Assembly: GCA_040954595.2 (NCBI GenBank) | Contig: CM082578.2 | Coordinates: 153,740 to 217,739, forward strand | Direction: 5' to 3' | DNA length: 64,000 nucleotides | Source: Balanoglossus misakiensis | Lineage: Eukaryota > Animalia > Hemichordata | In this document: in pieces, positions 1 through 12,100 of the stretch | Layout of the letters: each line of letters starts with the position of its first letter | Numbering within the stretch: position 1 is the first letter of the stretch | The notes under the pieces: model-generated | What the model was told of the DNA's origin: nothing | What the model saw: only the letters and a program-made list of their open reading frames with translations | Databases searched by the model: none | Translations under genes and position numbers: made by a program

Positions 1-3000
1 GTAGAAAAATCGACTTGTTCAACGTTGCCAGTGTGCAACTGTTTCTGTTCTAGAGTGTCAGGGTTTTAGCCGACTTGTAGGAAATCTGAGTTGATGAACG
101 GGAATTCAATGTTAGAAATCCGTGTGGAAAGTATCTCTACCCGTTTGGAACTAAGAAAAGAATTTATTCTTATTTATTTTGTAAAAAAACAATATTTCGA
201 AAAAAAGTCGAAAATGGTAATTTTGTCTTGGGTGATTCAAATTATACCGCCTTTTCTGGAATTTGCAGCACTTTTTACAAGAGAACGACACTTCATGCTC
301 TATAATATTTTCGAAAATGAAGAAAAGAGTTAATTTTTTATGATTTTTTAAAAATTTACCATTTTTGTCAAAATATGGCCAAAATGGCTATTTTTTCTTG
401 AATTCCGTCAATATCTCAGCATTTTTGGAGTGGTCGAAAGTTTTAACATACAATCAACATGTCATATATGATCAGGCACTAAATTCGAAGAACAAAGGTC
501 TTTTATTTTTTTTTCTAAAAATGACATTTTCAAGGAAAATTTGGTAAAACGCAATTTTGTCTGCAGTGAGACAAATTAGACGGTCTTTTGTGGAATTTGT
601 ATCGATATATACATACGAAGAGCATTCTATACTCCATCAGATTTCCGAAAATGTAGAAAACAGGTATTTTTTGTAATTTTCAAAAATTTACCATTTTGAC
701 CGAATTGTGGCTAAAATTGTTATTTTCGTGTTGAATGCCGCCAGTGTCACTGCTTTTAAAAGTCATAAAAACTTTTAACATACAAGCAATTGTTTATATA
801 TGATAAGGTCACCGTATTAAAAAAATAAAGAATGTTTTGACTAAAAATGACCTTTTTGGTGCAAAAACGAATAAAACGCAATTTTGTATTAAATCAGCTC
901 ATTCAGAGTGCATTTTTTATAATCAGCACCATTTTTACATATAATGGAAATTTCATACATCATCAGATATCCAAATATGAAAAAATGATTTAGATTTTAG
1001 ATGATTGTCCAAAAGTAGCTGATATCTAATAAATGTAGTATTGAACCGTTCTGTCCCCCCCCCCCCCTACATTACATGCGGTACGCCGATGTCAGCTTAC
1101 CCATCAGTACTGCAGGCCGTGCCCACAACTAACGTCGGTGTTTGAAACGCCCTGGTTAAATTCGGGCTTTCTCTCTATAAATTGACAGGCAATAATGTAG
1201 TCCTACCGGAACAAATGTCGAGTGTTGACCCGCTGTGACTTTCCCTCTTCGGTTTGCCCGACTTAGCCAACGTCTTTGTACTAGAGTGTCGGGTCTTTTG
1301 CAGAGCCCAGGCCGAAGGAAATCCAACTTGATCACCGTTGCTAACGAACGCTAGTGTCTGTCATGGTGTGCCGGGGTTTTAGTCGAGCCAGGCCGTAGGA
1401 GATCTGACTTGATCATCGTGGTCAATGTACGCGTGTTTCCGCTCTAAAGTGCCGGGGGCTTCAGCTAAACCAGGCCGTAGGAAATCCGACGTAATCACCG
1501 TTGATAACTTACGCCAGTCTGTGTCATATAGAGCCGGTGTACCAGCCGAGTCACGCCGTAGGAAATCTTACTTGATCAACGTGGTCAATGTACGCCTGTT
1601 TCTGCTCTAGAGAGCCGGGGCTTCAGCTGAGCCAGGCCGTAGGAAACCCGACGTGATTACCGTTGTTAACTTACGCCAGTTTGTGTCCTATATATAGTGC
1701 CGGGGCATCAGCCGTGCCAGGCCGAAGGAAATGTGAGTAGATCAACGTGGTCTCTGTACGCGTGTTTCTGCTCTAGAGTGCCAGGGCTTTATCCAAGCCA
1801 TGCCGTAGAAAATCTGACTTGATCACCGTTGCTAACGTACGCTAGTGTCTGTCATATTGTGACGGAGATTTAGCCGAGCCAGGCCGTAGAAAAATCGACT
1901 TGTTCAACGTTACCAGTGTGCAACTGTTTCTGTTCTAGAGTGTCAGGGTTTTAGCCGACTTGTAGGAAATCTGAGTTGATGAACGGGAATTCAATGTTAG
2001 AAATCCGTGTGGAAAGTATCTCTACCCGTTTGGAACTAAGAAAAGAATTTATTCTTATTTATTTTGTAAAAAAACAATATTTCGAAAAAAAGTCGAAAAT
2101 GGTAATTTTGTCTTCGGTGATTCAAATTATACCGCCTTTTCTGGAATTTGCAGCACTTTTTACAAGAAACGACACTTCATGCTCTATAATATTTCCGAAA
2201 ATGAAGAAAAGAGTTAATTTTTTATGATTTTTTAAAAATTTACCATTTTTGTCAAAATATGGCCAAAATGGCTATTTTTCTTGAATTCCGTCAATATCTC
2301 AGCATTTTTGGAGTGGTCGAAAGTTTTAACATACAATCAACATGTCATATATGATCAGGCACTAAATTCGAAGAACAAAGGTTTTTTATTTTTTTTCTAA
2401 AAATGACATTTTCATGGAAAATTTGTAAAACGCAATTTTGTCTGCAGTGAGCCAAATTAGACGGTCTTTTGTGGAATTTGTATCGATATATACATACGAA
2501 GAGCATTCTATACTCCATCAGATTTCCGAAAATGTAGAAAACAGGTATTTTTTGTAATTTTCAAAAATTTACCATTTTGACCGAATTGTGGCTAAAATTG
2601 TTATTTTCGTGTTGAATGCCGCCAGTGTCACTGCTTTTAAAAGTCATAAAAACTTTTAACATACAAGTAATTGTTTATATATGATAAGGTCACCGAATTA
2701 AAAAAATAAAGAATGTTTTGACTAAAAATGACCTTTTTGGTGCAAAAACGAATAAAACGCAATTTTGTATTAAATCAGGCTCATTCAGAGTGCATTTTTA
2801 TAATCAGCACCATTTTTACATATAATGGAAATTTCATACATCATCAGATATCCAAATATGAAAAGATGATTAACATTTTAGATGATTGTCAAAAATTAGC
2901 TGATATCTGATAAATGTAGTATTGAATCGTTCTGTCCCCCCCCCCCCCCCTACATTATAATGCGGTACGCTGATGTCAGCTTACCCGGCAGTACTGCAGG

Positions 3001-4059
3001 CCGTGCCCCCAACTAACGTCGGTGTTTGAAACGCCCTGGTTAAATTCGGGCTTTCTCTATAAATTGACAGGCAATAATGCAGTCCTACCGGAACAAATGT
3101 CGAGTGTTGACCCGCTGTGACTTTCCCTGTTCGGTTTGCCCGACTTAGCCAACGTCTTTGTACTAGAGTGTCGGGTCTTTTGCAGAGCCAGGCCGAAGGA
3201 AATCCGACTTGATCACCGTTGCTAACGAACGCTAGTGTCTGTCATGGTGTGCCGGGGTTTTAGTCGAGCCAGGCCGTAGGAGATCTGACTTGATTATCGT
3301 GGTCAATGTACGCGTGTTTCCGCTCTAAAGGGCCGGGGCTTCAGCTACACCAGGCCGTAGGAAATCCGACGTAATCACCGTTGATAACTTACGCCAGTCT
3401 GTGTCATATAGAGCCGGTGCACCAGCCGAGTCACGCCGTAGGAAATCTTACTTGATCAACGTGGTCAATGTACGCCTGTTTCTGCTCTAGAGTGCCGGGG
3501 ATTCAGCTGAGCCAGGCCGTGGGAAACCCGACGTGATTACCGTTGTTAACTTACGCCAGTTTGTGTCCTATATATAGTGCCGGGGCATCAGCCGTGCCAG
3601 GCCGAAGGAAATGTGAGTAGATCAACGTGGTCTCTGTACGCGTGTTTCTGCTCTAGAGTGCCAGGGCTTTAGCCAAGCCATGCCGTAGGAAATCTGGCTT
3701 GATCAACGTTGCTAACGAACGCTAATGTCTGTCATAGTGTGCCGGGGTTTTAGTCGAGCCAAGCCGTAGGAGATCAGACTTGATCAACGTGGTCTCTGTA
3801 CGCGTGTTTCTGCTCTAGAGTGCCGGGGCTTTATCCAAGCCATGCCGTAGAAAATCTGACTTGATCACCGTTGCTAACGTACGCTAGTGTCTGTCATATT
3901 GTGACGGAGATTTAGCCGAGCCAGGCCGTAGAAAAATCGACTTGTTCAACGTTACCAGTGTGCAACTGTTTCTGCTCTAGAGTGTCAGGGTTTTAGCCGA
4001 CTTATGCTGTAGGAAATCTGAGTTGATGAACGGGAATTCAATGTTAGAAAACCCGTGTG

Positions 4060-4985
4060 GAAAGTATCTCTACCCGTTTGAAACTAAGAAAAGAATTTAT
4101 TCTTATTTATTTTGTAAAAAAGACAATTTTTCGAAAAAAAGTCGAAAAATTGCAATTTTGTCTTGGGTGATTCAAATTATACCGCCTTTTCTGGAATTTG
4201 CAGCACTTTTTACAAGAGAACGACACTTCATGCTCCATAATATTTCCGAAAATGAGAAAAGAGTTAATTTTTTAATGATTTTTCAAAAATTTACCATTTT
4301 TGTCAAAATATGGCCAAAATGGCTATTTTTCTTGAATTCCGTCAATATCTCTGCATTTTTGGAGTGGTCGAGAGTTTTAACATACAATCAACATGTCATA
4401 TATGATCAGGGCACCAAATTCGAAGAACAAAGGTTTTTTATTTTTTTTTCTAAAAATGACATTTTCAAGGAAAATTTGGTAAAAACGCAATTTTGTCTGC
4501 AGTGAGCCAAATTAGACGGTCTTTTGTGGAATTTGTATCGATGTATACATACGAAGAGCATTCTATACTCCATCAGATTTCCGAAAATGTAGAAAACAGG
4601 TATTTTTTGTAATTTTCAAAAATTTACCATTTTGACCAAATTGTGGCTAAAATTGTTATTTTCGTGATGAATGCCGCCAGTGTCACTGCTTTTAAAAGTC
4701 ATAAAAACTTTTAACATACAAGCAATTGTTTATATATGATCAGGTCACCGAATTAAAAATATAAAGAATGTTTTGCCTAAAAATGACCTTTTTGGTGCAA
4801 AAACGAATAAAACGCAATCTTGTATTAAATCAGTTCATTCAGAGTGCATGTTTTATAATAAGCACCAATTTTACATATAATGGAAATTTCATACATCATC
4901 AGATATCCAAATATGAAAAAATGATTTAGATTTTAGATGATTGTCCAAAATTAGCTGATATGTAATAAATGTAGTATTGAACCGT
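4060..4985. repeat. AT-rich block of one representative unit: about 2.5 copies of a degenerate ~330-bp subrepeat, itself a likely dimer of ~165 bp
   Basis: AAAATTTACCATTTT, TTTTAACATACAA, TATATGATCAGG and CTAAAAATGAC each recur about 325-335 bp apart. ATCAG-centred motifs recur about every 165 bp. Confidence 0.8.
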
Positions 4986-5219
4986 TCTGCCCCCCCCCCC
5001 CCCCCCCCCTTACATTATATGCGGTACGCCGATGTCAGCTTACCCGGCAGTACTGTAGGCCGTGCCCCCAACAAACGTCGGTGTTTGAAACGCCCTGGTT
5101 AAATTCGGGCTCTCTCTATAAATCGACAGGCAATAATGCAGTCCTACCGGAACAAATGTCAAGTGTTGAACCGCTGTGACTTTCCCTGTTCGGTTTGCCC
5201 GACTTAGCCAACGTCTTTG

Positions 5220-6103
5220 TACTAGAGTGTCGGGTCTTTTGCAGAGCCAGGCCGAAGGAAATCCGACTTGATCACCGTTGCTAACGAACGCTAGTGTCTG
5301 TCATGGTGTGCCGGGGTTTTAGTCGAGCCAGGCCGTAGGAGATCTGACTTGATCATCGTGGTCACTGTACGCGTGTTTCCGCTCTAAAGTGCCGGGGCTT
5401 CAGCTAAACCAGGCCGTAGGAAATCCGACGTAATCACCGTTGATAACTTACGCCAGTATGTGTCATATAGAGCCGGTGCACCAGCCGAGTCACGCCGTAG
5501 GAAATCTGACTTGATCAACGTGGTCAATGTACGCCTGTTTCTGCTCTAGAGTGCCGGGGCTTCAGCTGAGCCAGGCCGTAAGAAAACCCGACGTGATTAC
5601 CGTTGTTAACTTACGCCAGTCTGTGTCCTATATATAGTGCCGGGGCATCAGCCGTGCCAGGCCGAAGGAAATGTGAGAAGATCAACGTGGTCTCTGTACG
5701 CGTGTTTCTGCTCTAGAGTGCCAGGGCTTTAGTTAAGCCATGCCGTAGGAAATCTGACTTGATCAAAGTTGCTAACGAACGCTAGTGTCTGCCATAGTGT
5801 GCCGGGGTTTTAGTCGAGCCAAGCCGTAGGAGATCAGACTTGATCAACGTGGTCTCTGTACGCGTGTTTCTGCTCTAGAGTGCCGGGGCTTTATCCAAGC
5901 CATGCCGTAGAAAATCTGACTTGATCACCGTTGCTAACGTACGCTAGTGTCTGTCATATTGTGACGGAGATTTAGCCGAGCCAGGTCGTAGAAAAATCGA
6001 CTTGTTCAACGTTACCAGTGTGCAACTGTTTCTGCTCTAGAGTGTCAGGGTTTTAGCCGACTTATGCTGTAGGAAATCTGAGTTGATGAACGGGAATTCA
6101 ATG
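5220..6103. repeat. GC-rich block of one representative unit: about 11 monomers of 81 bp, alternating A/B types (162-bp dimer)
   Basis: GCCG(T/A)AG(G/A)A(A/G)AT..GAC.TGATCA recurs every 81 bp; the TATATA-containing monomer is 85 bp. Type A continues GTGGTC..TGTACGC.TGTTTC.GCTCTAGAGTGCC. Type B continues GTTG.TAAC..ACGC.AGT.T.TGTCAT. Confidence 0.95.
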
Positions 6104-9100
6104 TTAGAAAACCCGTGTGGAAAGTATCTCTACCCGTTTGAAACTAAGAAAAGAATTTATTCTTATTTATTTTGTAAAAAAAGACAATTTTTCGAAAAAA
6201 AGTTGAAAATGGTAATTTTGTCTTGGGTGATTCAAATTATACCGCCTTTTCTGGAATTTGCAGCACTTTTTGCAAGAGAACGACACTTCATGCTCCATAA
6301 TATTTCCGAAAATGAAGAAAAGAGTTAATTTTTTATGATTTTTCAAAAATTTACCATTTTTGTCAAAATATGGCCAAAATGGCTATTTTTCTTGAATTCC
6401 GTCAATATCTCTGCATTTTTGGAGTGGTCGAGAGTTTTAACATACAATCAACATGTCATATATGATCAGGGCACCAAATTCGAAGAACAAAGGTTTTTTT
6501 ATTTTTTTTTCTAAAAATGACATTTTCAAGGAAAATTTGGTAAAACGCAATTTTGTCTGCAGTGAGCCAAATTAGACGGTCTTTTGTGGAATTTGTATCG
6601 ATATATACATACGAAGAGCATTCTATACTCCATCAGATTTCCGAAAATGTAGAAAACAGGTATTTTTTGTAATTTTCAAAAATTTACCATTTTGACCAAA
6701 TTGTGGCTAAAATTGTTATTTTCGTGATGAATGCCGCCAGTGTCACTGCTTTTAAAAGTCATAAAAACTTTTAACATACAAGCAATTGTTTATATATGAT
6801 CAGGTCACCGAATTAAAAATATAAAGAATGTTTTGCCTAAAAATGACCTTTTTGGTGCAAAAACGAATAAAACGCAATCTTGTATTAAATCAGTTCATTC
6901 AGAGTGCATGTTTTATAATAAGCACCATTTTTACATATAATGGAAATTTCATACATCATCAGATATCCAAATATGAAAAAATGATTTAGATTTTAGATGA
7001 TTGTCCAAAATTAGCTGATATCTAATAAATGTAGTATTGAACCGTTCTGTCCCCCCCCCCCCCTTACATTATATGCGGTACGCCGATGTCAGCTTACCCG
7101 GCAGTACTGCAGGCCGTGCCCCCAACTAACGTCGGTGTTTGGAACGCCCTGGTTAAATTCGGGCTTTCTCTATAAATTGACAGGCAATAATGCAGTCCTA
7201 CCCGACCAAATGTCGAGTGTTGACCCGCTGTGACTTTCCCTCTTCGGTTTGCCCGACTTAGCCAACGTCTTTGTACTAGAGTGTCGGGTCTTTTGCAGAG
7301 CCAGGCCGAAGGAAATCCGACTTGATCACCGTTGCTAACGAACGCTAGTGTCTGTCATGGTGTGCCGGGGTTTTAGTCGAGCCAGGCCGTAGGAGATCTG
7401 ACTTGATCATCGTGGTCAATGTACGCGTGTTTCCGCTCTAAAGTGCCGGGGCTTCAGCTAAACCATGCCGTAGGAAATCCGACGTAATCACCGTTGATAA
7501 CTTACGCCAGTCTGTGTCATATAGAGCCGGTGCACCAGCCGAGTCACGCCGAAGGAAATCTGACTTGATCAACGTGGTCAATGTACGCGTGTTTCCGCTC
7601 TAAAGTGCCGGGGCTTCAGCTAAACCAGGCCGTAGGAAATCCGACGTAATCACCGTTGTTAACTTACGCCAGTCTGTGTCCTATATATAGTGCCGGGGCA
7701 TCAGCCGTGCCAGGCCGATGGAAATGTGAGTAGATCAACGTGGTCTCTGTACGCGTGTTTCTGCTCTAGAGTGTCAGGGCTTTAGCAAAGCCATGCCGTA
7801 GGAAATCTGACTTGATCAACGTTGCTAACGAACGCTAGTGTCTGTCATAGTGTGCCGGGGTTTTATTCGAGCCAAGCCGTAGGAGATCAGACTTGATCAA
7901 CGTGGTCTCTGTACGCGTGTTTCTGCTCTAGAGTGCCGGGGCTTTATCCAACCCATGCCGTTGAAAATCTGACTTGATCACCGTTGCTAACGTACGCTAG
8001 TGTCTGTCATATTGTGACGAGATTTAGCCGAGCCAGGCCGTAGAAAAATCGACTTGTTCAACGTTATCAGTGTGCAACTGTTTCTGCTCTAGAGTGTCAG
8101 GGTTTTAGCCGACTTATGCTGTAGGAAATCTGAGTTGATGAACGGGAATTCAATGTTAGAAAACCCGTGTGGAAAGTATCTCTACCCGTTTGAAACTAAG
8201 AAAAGAATTTATTCTTATTTATTTTGTAAAAAAGACAATTTTTCGAAAACAAGTCGAAAATGGTAATTTTGTCTTGGGTGATTCAAATTATACCACATTT
8301 TCTGGAATTTGCAGCACTTTTTACAAGAGAACGACACTTCATGCTCCATAATATTTCCGAAAATGAAGAAAAGAGTTTTATTTTTTATGATTTTTTAAAA
8401 ATGTACAATTTTGTCAAAATATGGCCAAAATGGCTATTTTTTCTTGAATTCCGTCAATATCTCTGCATTTTTGGAGTGGTCGAAAGTTTTAACATACAAT
8501 CAACATGTCATATATGATCAGGGCACCAAGTTCGAAGAACGAAGGTTTTTTTATTTTGTTTTTCTAAAAATGACATTTTCAAGGAAAATTTGGTAAAACG
8601 CAATTTTGTCTGCAGTGAGCCAAATTAGACGGTCTTTTGTGGAATTGGTATCGATATATATATACGAAGAGCATTCTATACTCCATCAGATTTCCGAAAA
8701 TGTAGAAAACAGGTATTTTTTGTAATTTTCAAAAATTTACCATTTTGACCAAATTGTGGTTAAAATTGTTATTTTCGTGTTGAATGCCGCCAGTGTCACT
8801 GCTTTTAAAAGTCATAAAAACTTTTAACATGCAAGCAATTGCTTATATATGATCAGGTCACCGAATTAAAAAAATAAAGAATGTTTTGCCTAAAAATGAC
8901 CTTTTTGGTGCAAAAACGAATAAAACGCAATTTTGTATTAAATCAGCTCATTCAGAGTGCATTTTTTATAATCAGCACCATTTTTACATATAATGGAAAT
9001 TTCATACATCATCAGATATCCAAATATGAAAAAATGATTTAGATTTTAGATGATTGTCCAAAATTAGCTGATATCTAATAAATGTAGTATTGAACCGTTC

Positions 9101-12100
9101 TGTCCCCCCCCCCTACATTATATGCGGTACGCCGATGTCAGCTTACCCGGCAGTACTGCAGGCCGTGCCCCCAAATAACGTCCTTGTTTGAAACGCCCTG
9201 GTTAAATTCGGGCTTTCTCTATAAATTGACAGGCAATAATGCAGTCCTACCCGAACAAATGTCGAGTGTTGACCCGCTGCGACTTTCCCTCTTCGGTTTG
9301 CCCGACTTAGCCAACGTCTTTGTACTAATGTGTCGGGTCTTTTGCAGAGCCAGGCCGAAGGAAATCCGACTTGATCACCGTTGCTAACGAACGCTAGTGT
9401 CTGTCATGGTGTGCCGGGGTTTTAGTCGAGCCAGGCCGTAGGAGATCTGACTTGATCATCGTGGTCAATGTACGCGTGTTTCCGCTCCACAGTGCCGGGG
9501 CTTCAGCTAAACCATGCCGTAGGAAATCTGGCGTAATCACCGTTGATAACTCACGCCAGTGTGTGTCATATAGAGCCGGTGCACCAGCCGAGTCACGCCG
9601 TAGGAAATCTGACTTGATCAACGTGGTCAATGTACGCCTGTTTCTGCTCAAAAGTGCCGGGGCTTTAGCTAAACCATGCCGTAGGAAATCCGACGTAATC
9701 ACCGTTGATAACTTACGCCAGTCTGTGTCATATAGAGCCGGTGCACCAGCCGAGTCACGCCGTAGGAAATCTGACTTGATCAACGTGGTCAATGTACGCC
9801 TGTTTCTGCTCTAGAGTGCCGGGGCTTCAGCTGAGCCAGGCCGTAGGAAACCCGACGTGATTACCATTGTTAACTTACGCCAGTCTGTGTCCTATATATA
9901 GTGCCGGGGCATCAGCCGTGCCAGGCGAAAGGAAATGTGAGTAGATCAACGTGGTCTCTGTACGCGTGTTTCTGCTCTAGAGTGTCAGGGCTTTAGCAAA
10001 GCCATGCCGTAGGAAATCTGACTTGATCAACGTTGCTAACGAACGCTAGTGTCTGTCATAGTGTGCCGGGGCTTTATCCAACCCATGCCGTTGAAAATCT
10101 GACTTGATCACCGTTGCTAACGTACGCTAGTGTCTGTCATATTGTGACGAGATTTAGCCGAGCCAGGCCGTAGAAAAATCGACTTGTTCAGCGTTATCAG
10201 TGTGCAACTGTTTCTGCTCTAGAGTGTCAGGGTTTTTAGCCGACTTATGCTGTAGGAAATCTGAGTTGATGAACGGGAATTCAATGTTAGAAAACCCGTG
10301 TGGAAAGTATCTCTACCCGTTTGAAACTAAGAAAAGAATTTATTCTTATTTATTTTGTAAAAAAGACAATTTTTCGAAAAAAAGTCGAAAATGGTAATTT
10401 TGTCTTGGGTGATTCAAATTATACCACATTTTCTGGAATTTGCAGCACTTTTTACAAGAGAACGACACTTCATGCTCCATAATATTTCCGAAAATGAAGA
10501 AAAGAGTTTTATTTTTTATGATTTTTTAAAAATGTACAATTTTGTCAAAATATGGCCAAAATGGCTATTTTTTCTTGAATTCCGTCAATATCTCTGCATT
10601 TTTGGAGTGGTCGAAAGTTTTAACATACAATCAACATGTCATATATGATCAGGGCACCAAGTTCGAAGAACGAAGGTTTTTTTATTTTATTTTTCTAAAA
10701 ATGACATTTTCAAGGAAAATTTGGTAAAACGCAATTTTGTCTGCAGTGAGCCAAATTAGACGGTCTTTTGTGGAATTGGTATCGATATATATATACGAAG
10801 AGCATTCTATACTCCATCAGATTTCCGAAAATGTAGAAAACAGGTATTTTTTGTAATTTTCAAAAATTTACCATTTTGACCAAATTGTGGTTAAAATTGT
10901 TATTTTCGTGTTGAATGCCGCCAGTGTCACTGCTTTTAAAAGTCATAAAAACTTTTAACATGCAAGCAATTGCTTATATATGATCAGGTCACCGAATTAA
11001 AAAAATAAAGAATGTTTTGCCTAAAAATGACCTTTTTGGTGCAAAAACGAATAAAACGCAATTTTGTATTAAATCAGCTCATTCAGAGTGCATTTTTTAT
11101 AATCAGCACCATTTTTACATATAATGGAAATTTCATACATCATCAGATATCCAAATATGAAAAAATGATTTAGATTTTAGATGATTGTCCAAAATTAGCT
11201 GATATCTAATAAATGTAGTATTGAACCGTTCTGTCCCCCCCCCCCTACATTATATGCGGTACGCCGATGTCAGCTTACCCGGCAGTACTGCAGGCCGTGC
11301 CCCCAAATAACGTCCTTGTTTGAAACGCCCTGGTTAAATTCGGGCTTTCTCTATAAATTGACAGGCAATAATGCAGTCCTACCCGAACAAATGTCGAGTG
11401 TTGACCCGCTGCGACTTTCCCTCTTCGGTTTGCCCGACTTAGCCAACGTCTTTGTACTAATGTGTCGGGTCTTTTGCAGAGCCAGGCCGAAGGAAATCCG
11501 ACTTGATCACCGTTGCTAACGAACGCTAGTGTCTGTCATGGTGTGCCGGGGTTTTAGTCGAGCCAGGCCGTAGGAGATCTGACTTGATCATCGTGGTCAA
11601 TGTACGCGTGTTTCCGCTCCACAGTGCCGGGGCTTCAGCTAAACCATGCCGTAGGAAATCTGGCGTAATCACCGTTGATAACTCACGCCAGTGTGTGTCA
11701 TATAGAGCCGGTGCACCAGCCGAGTCACGCCGTAGGAAATCTGACTTGATCAACGTGGTCAATGTACGCCTGTTTCTGCTCAAAAGTGCCGGGGCTTTAG
11801 CTAAACCATGCCGTAGGAAATCCGACGTAATCACCGTTGATAACTTACGCCAGTCTGTGTCATATAGAGCCGGTGCACCAGCCGAGTCACGCCGTAGGAA
11901 ATCTGACTTGATCAACGTGGTCAATGTACGCCTGTTTCTGCTCTAGAGTGCCGGGGCTTCAGCTGAGCCAGGCCGTAGGAAACCCGACGTGATTACCGTT
12001 GTTAACTTACGCCAGTCTGTGTCCTATATATAGTGCCGGGGCATCAGCCGTGCCAGGCCGAAGGAAATGTGAGTAGATCAACGTGGTCTCTGTACGCGTG

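Noticed and set aside
946-972. Minus-strand CTGATGA-TGTAT-GAAA resembling a hammerhead ribozyme core in each unit
   Set aside because: Stem II cannot pair, and I could not build stem I or a valid NUH cleavage triplet. The motif is a variant of the AT-subrepeat CATCAGAT.
4019-4036. Possible CENP-B box around GAACGGGA
   Set aside because: It lacks the required TTCG half of the NTTCGNNNNANNCGGGN core.
5960-6012. tRNA-like A-box (TAGCCGAGCC) and GTTCAA in 81-bp monomers
   Set aside because: There is no cloverleaf, the B-box is incomplete, and the box spacing is too short. A tRNA or SINE origin is unsupported.
9394-11946. ORFs with a 27-aa periodicity on both strands of the GC block
   Set aside because: 81 bp is divisible by three, so periodic ORFs arise automatically. 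Most units contain in-frame stops, and the 85-bp monomer breaks the frame.
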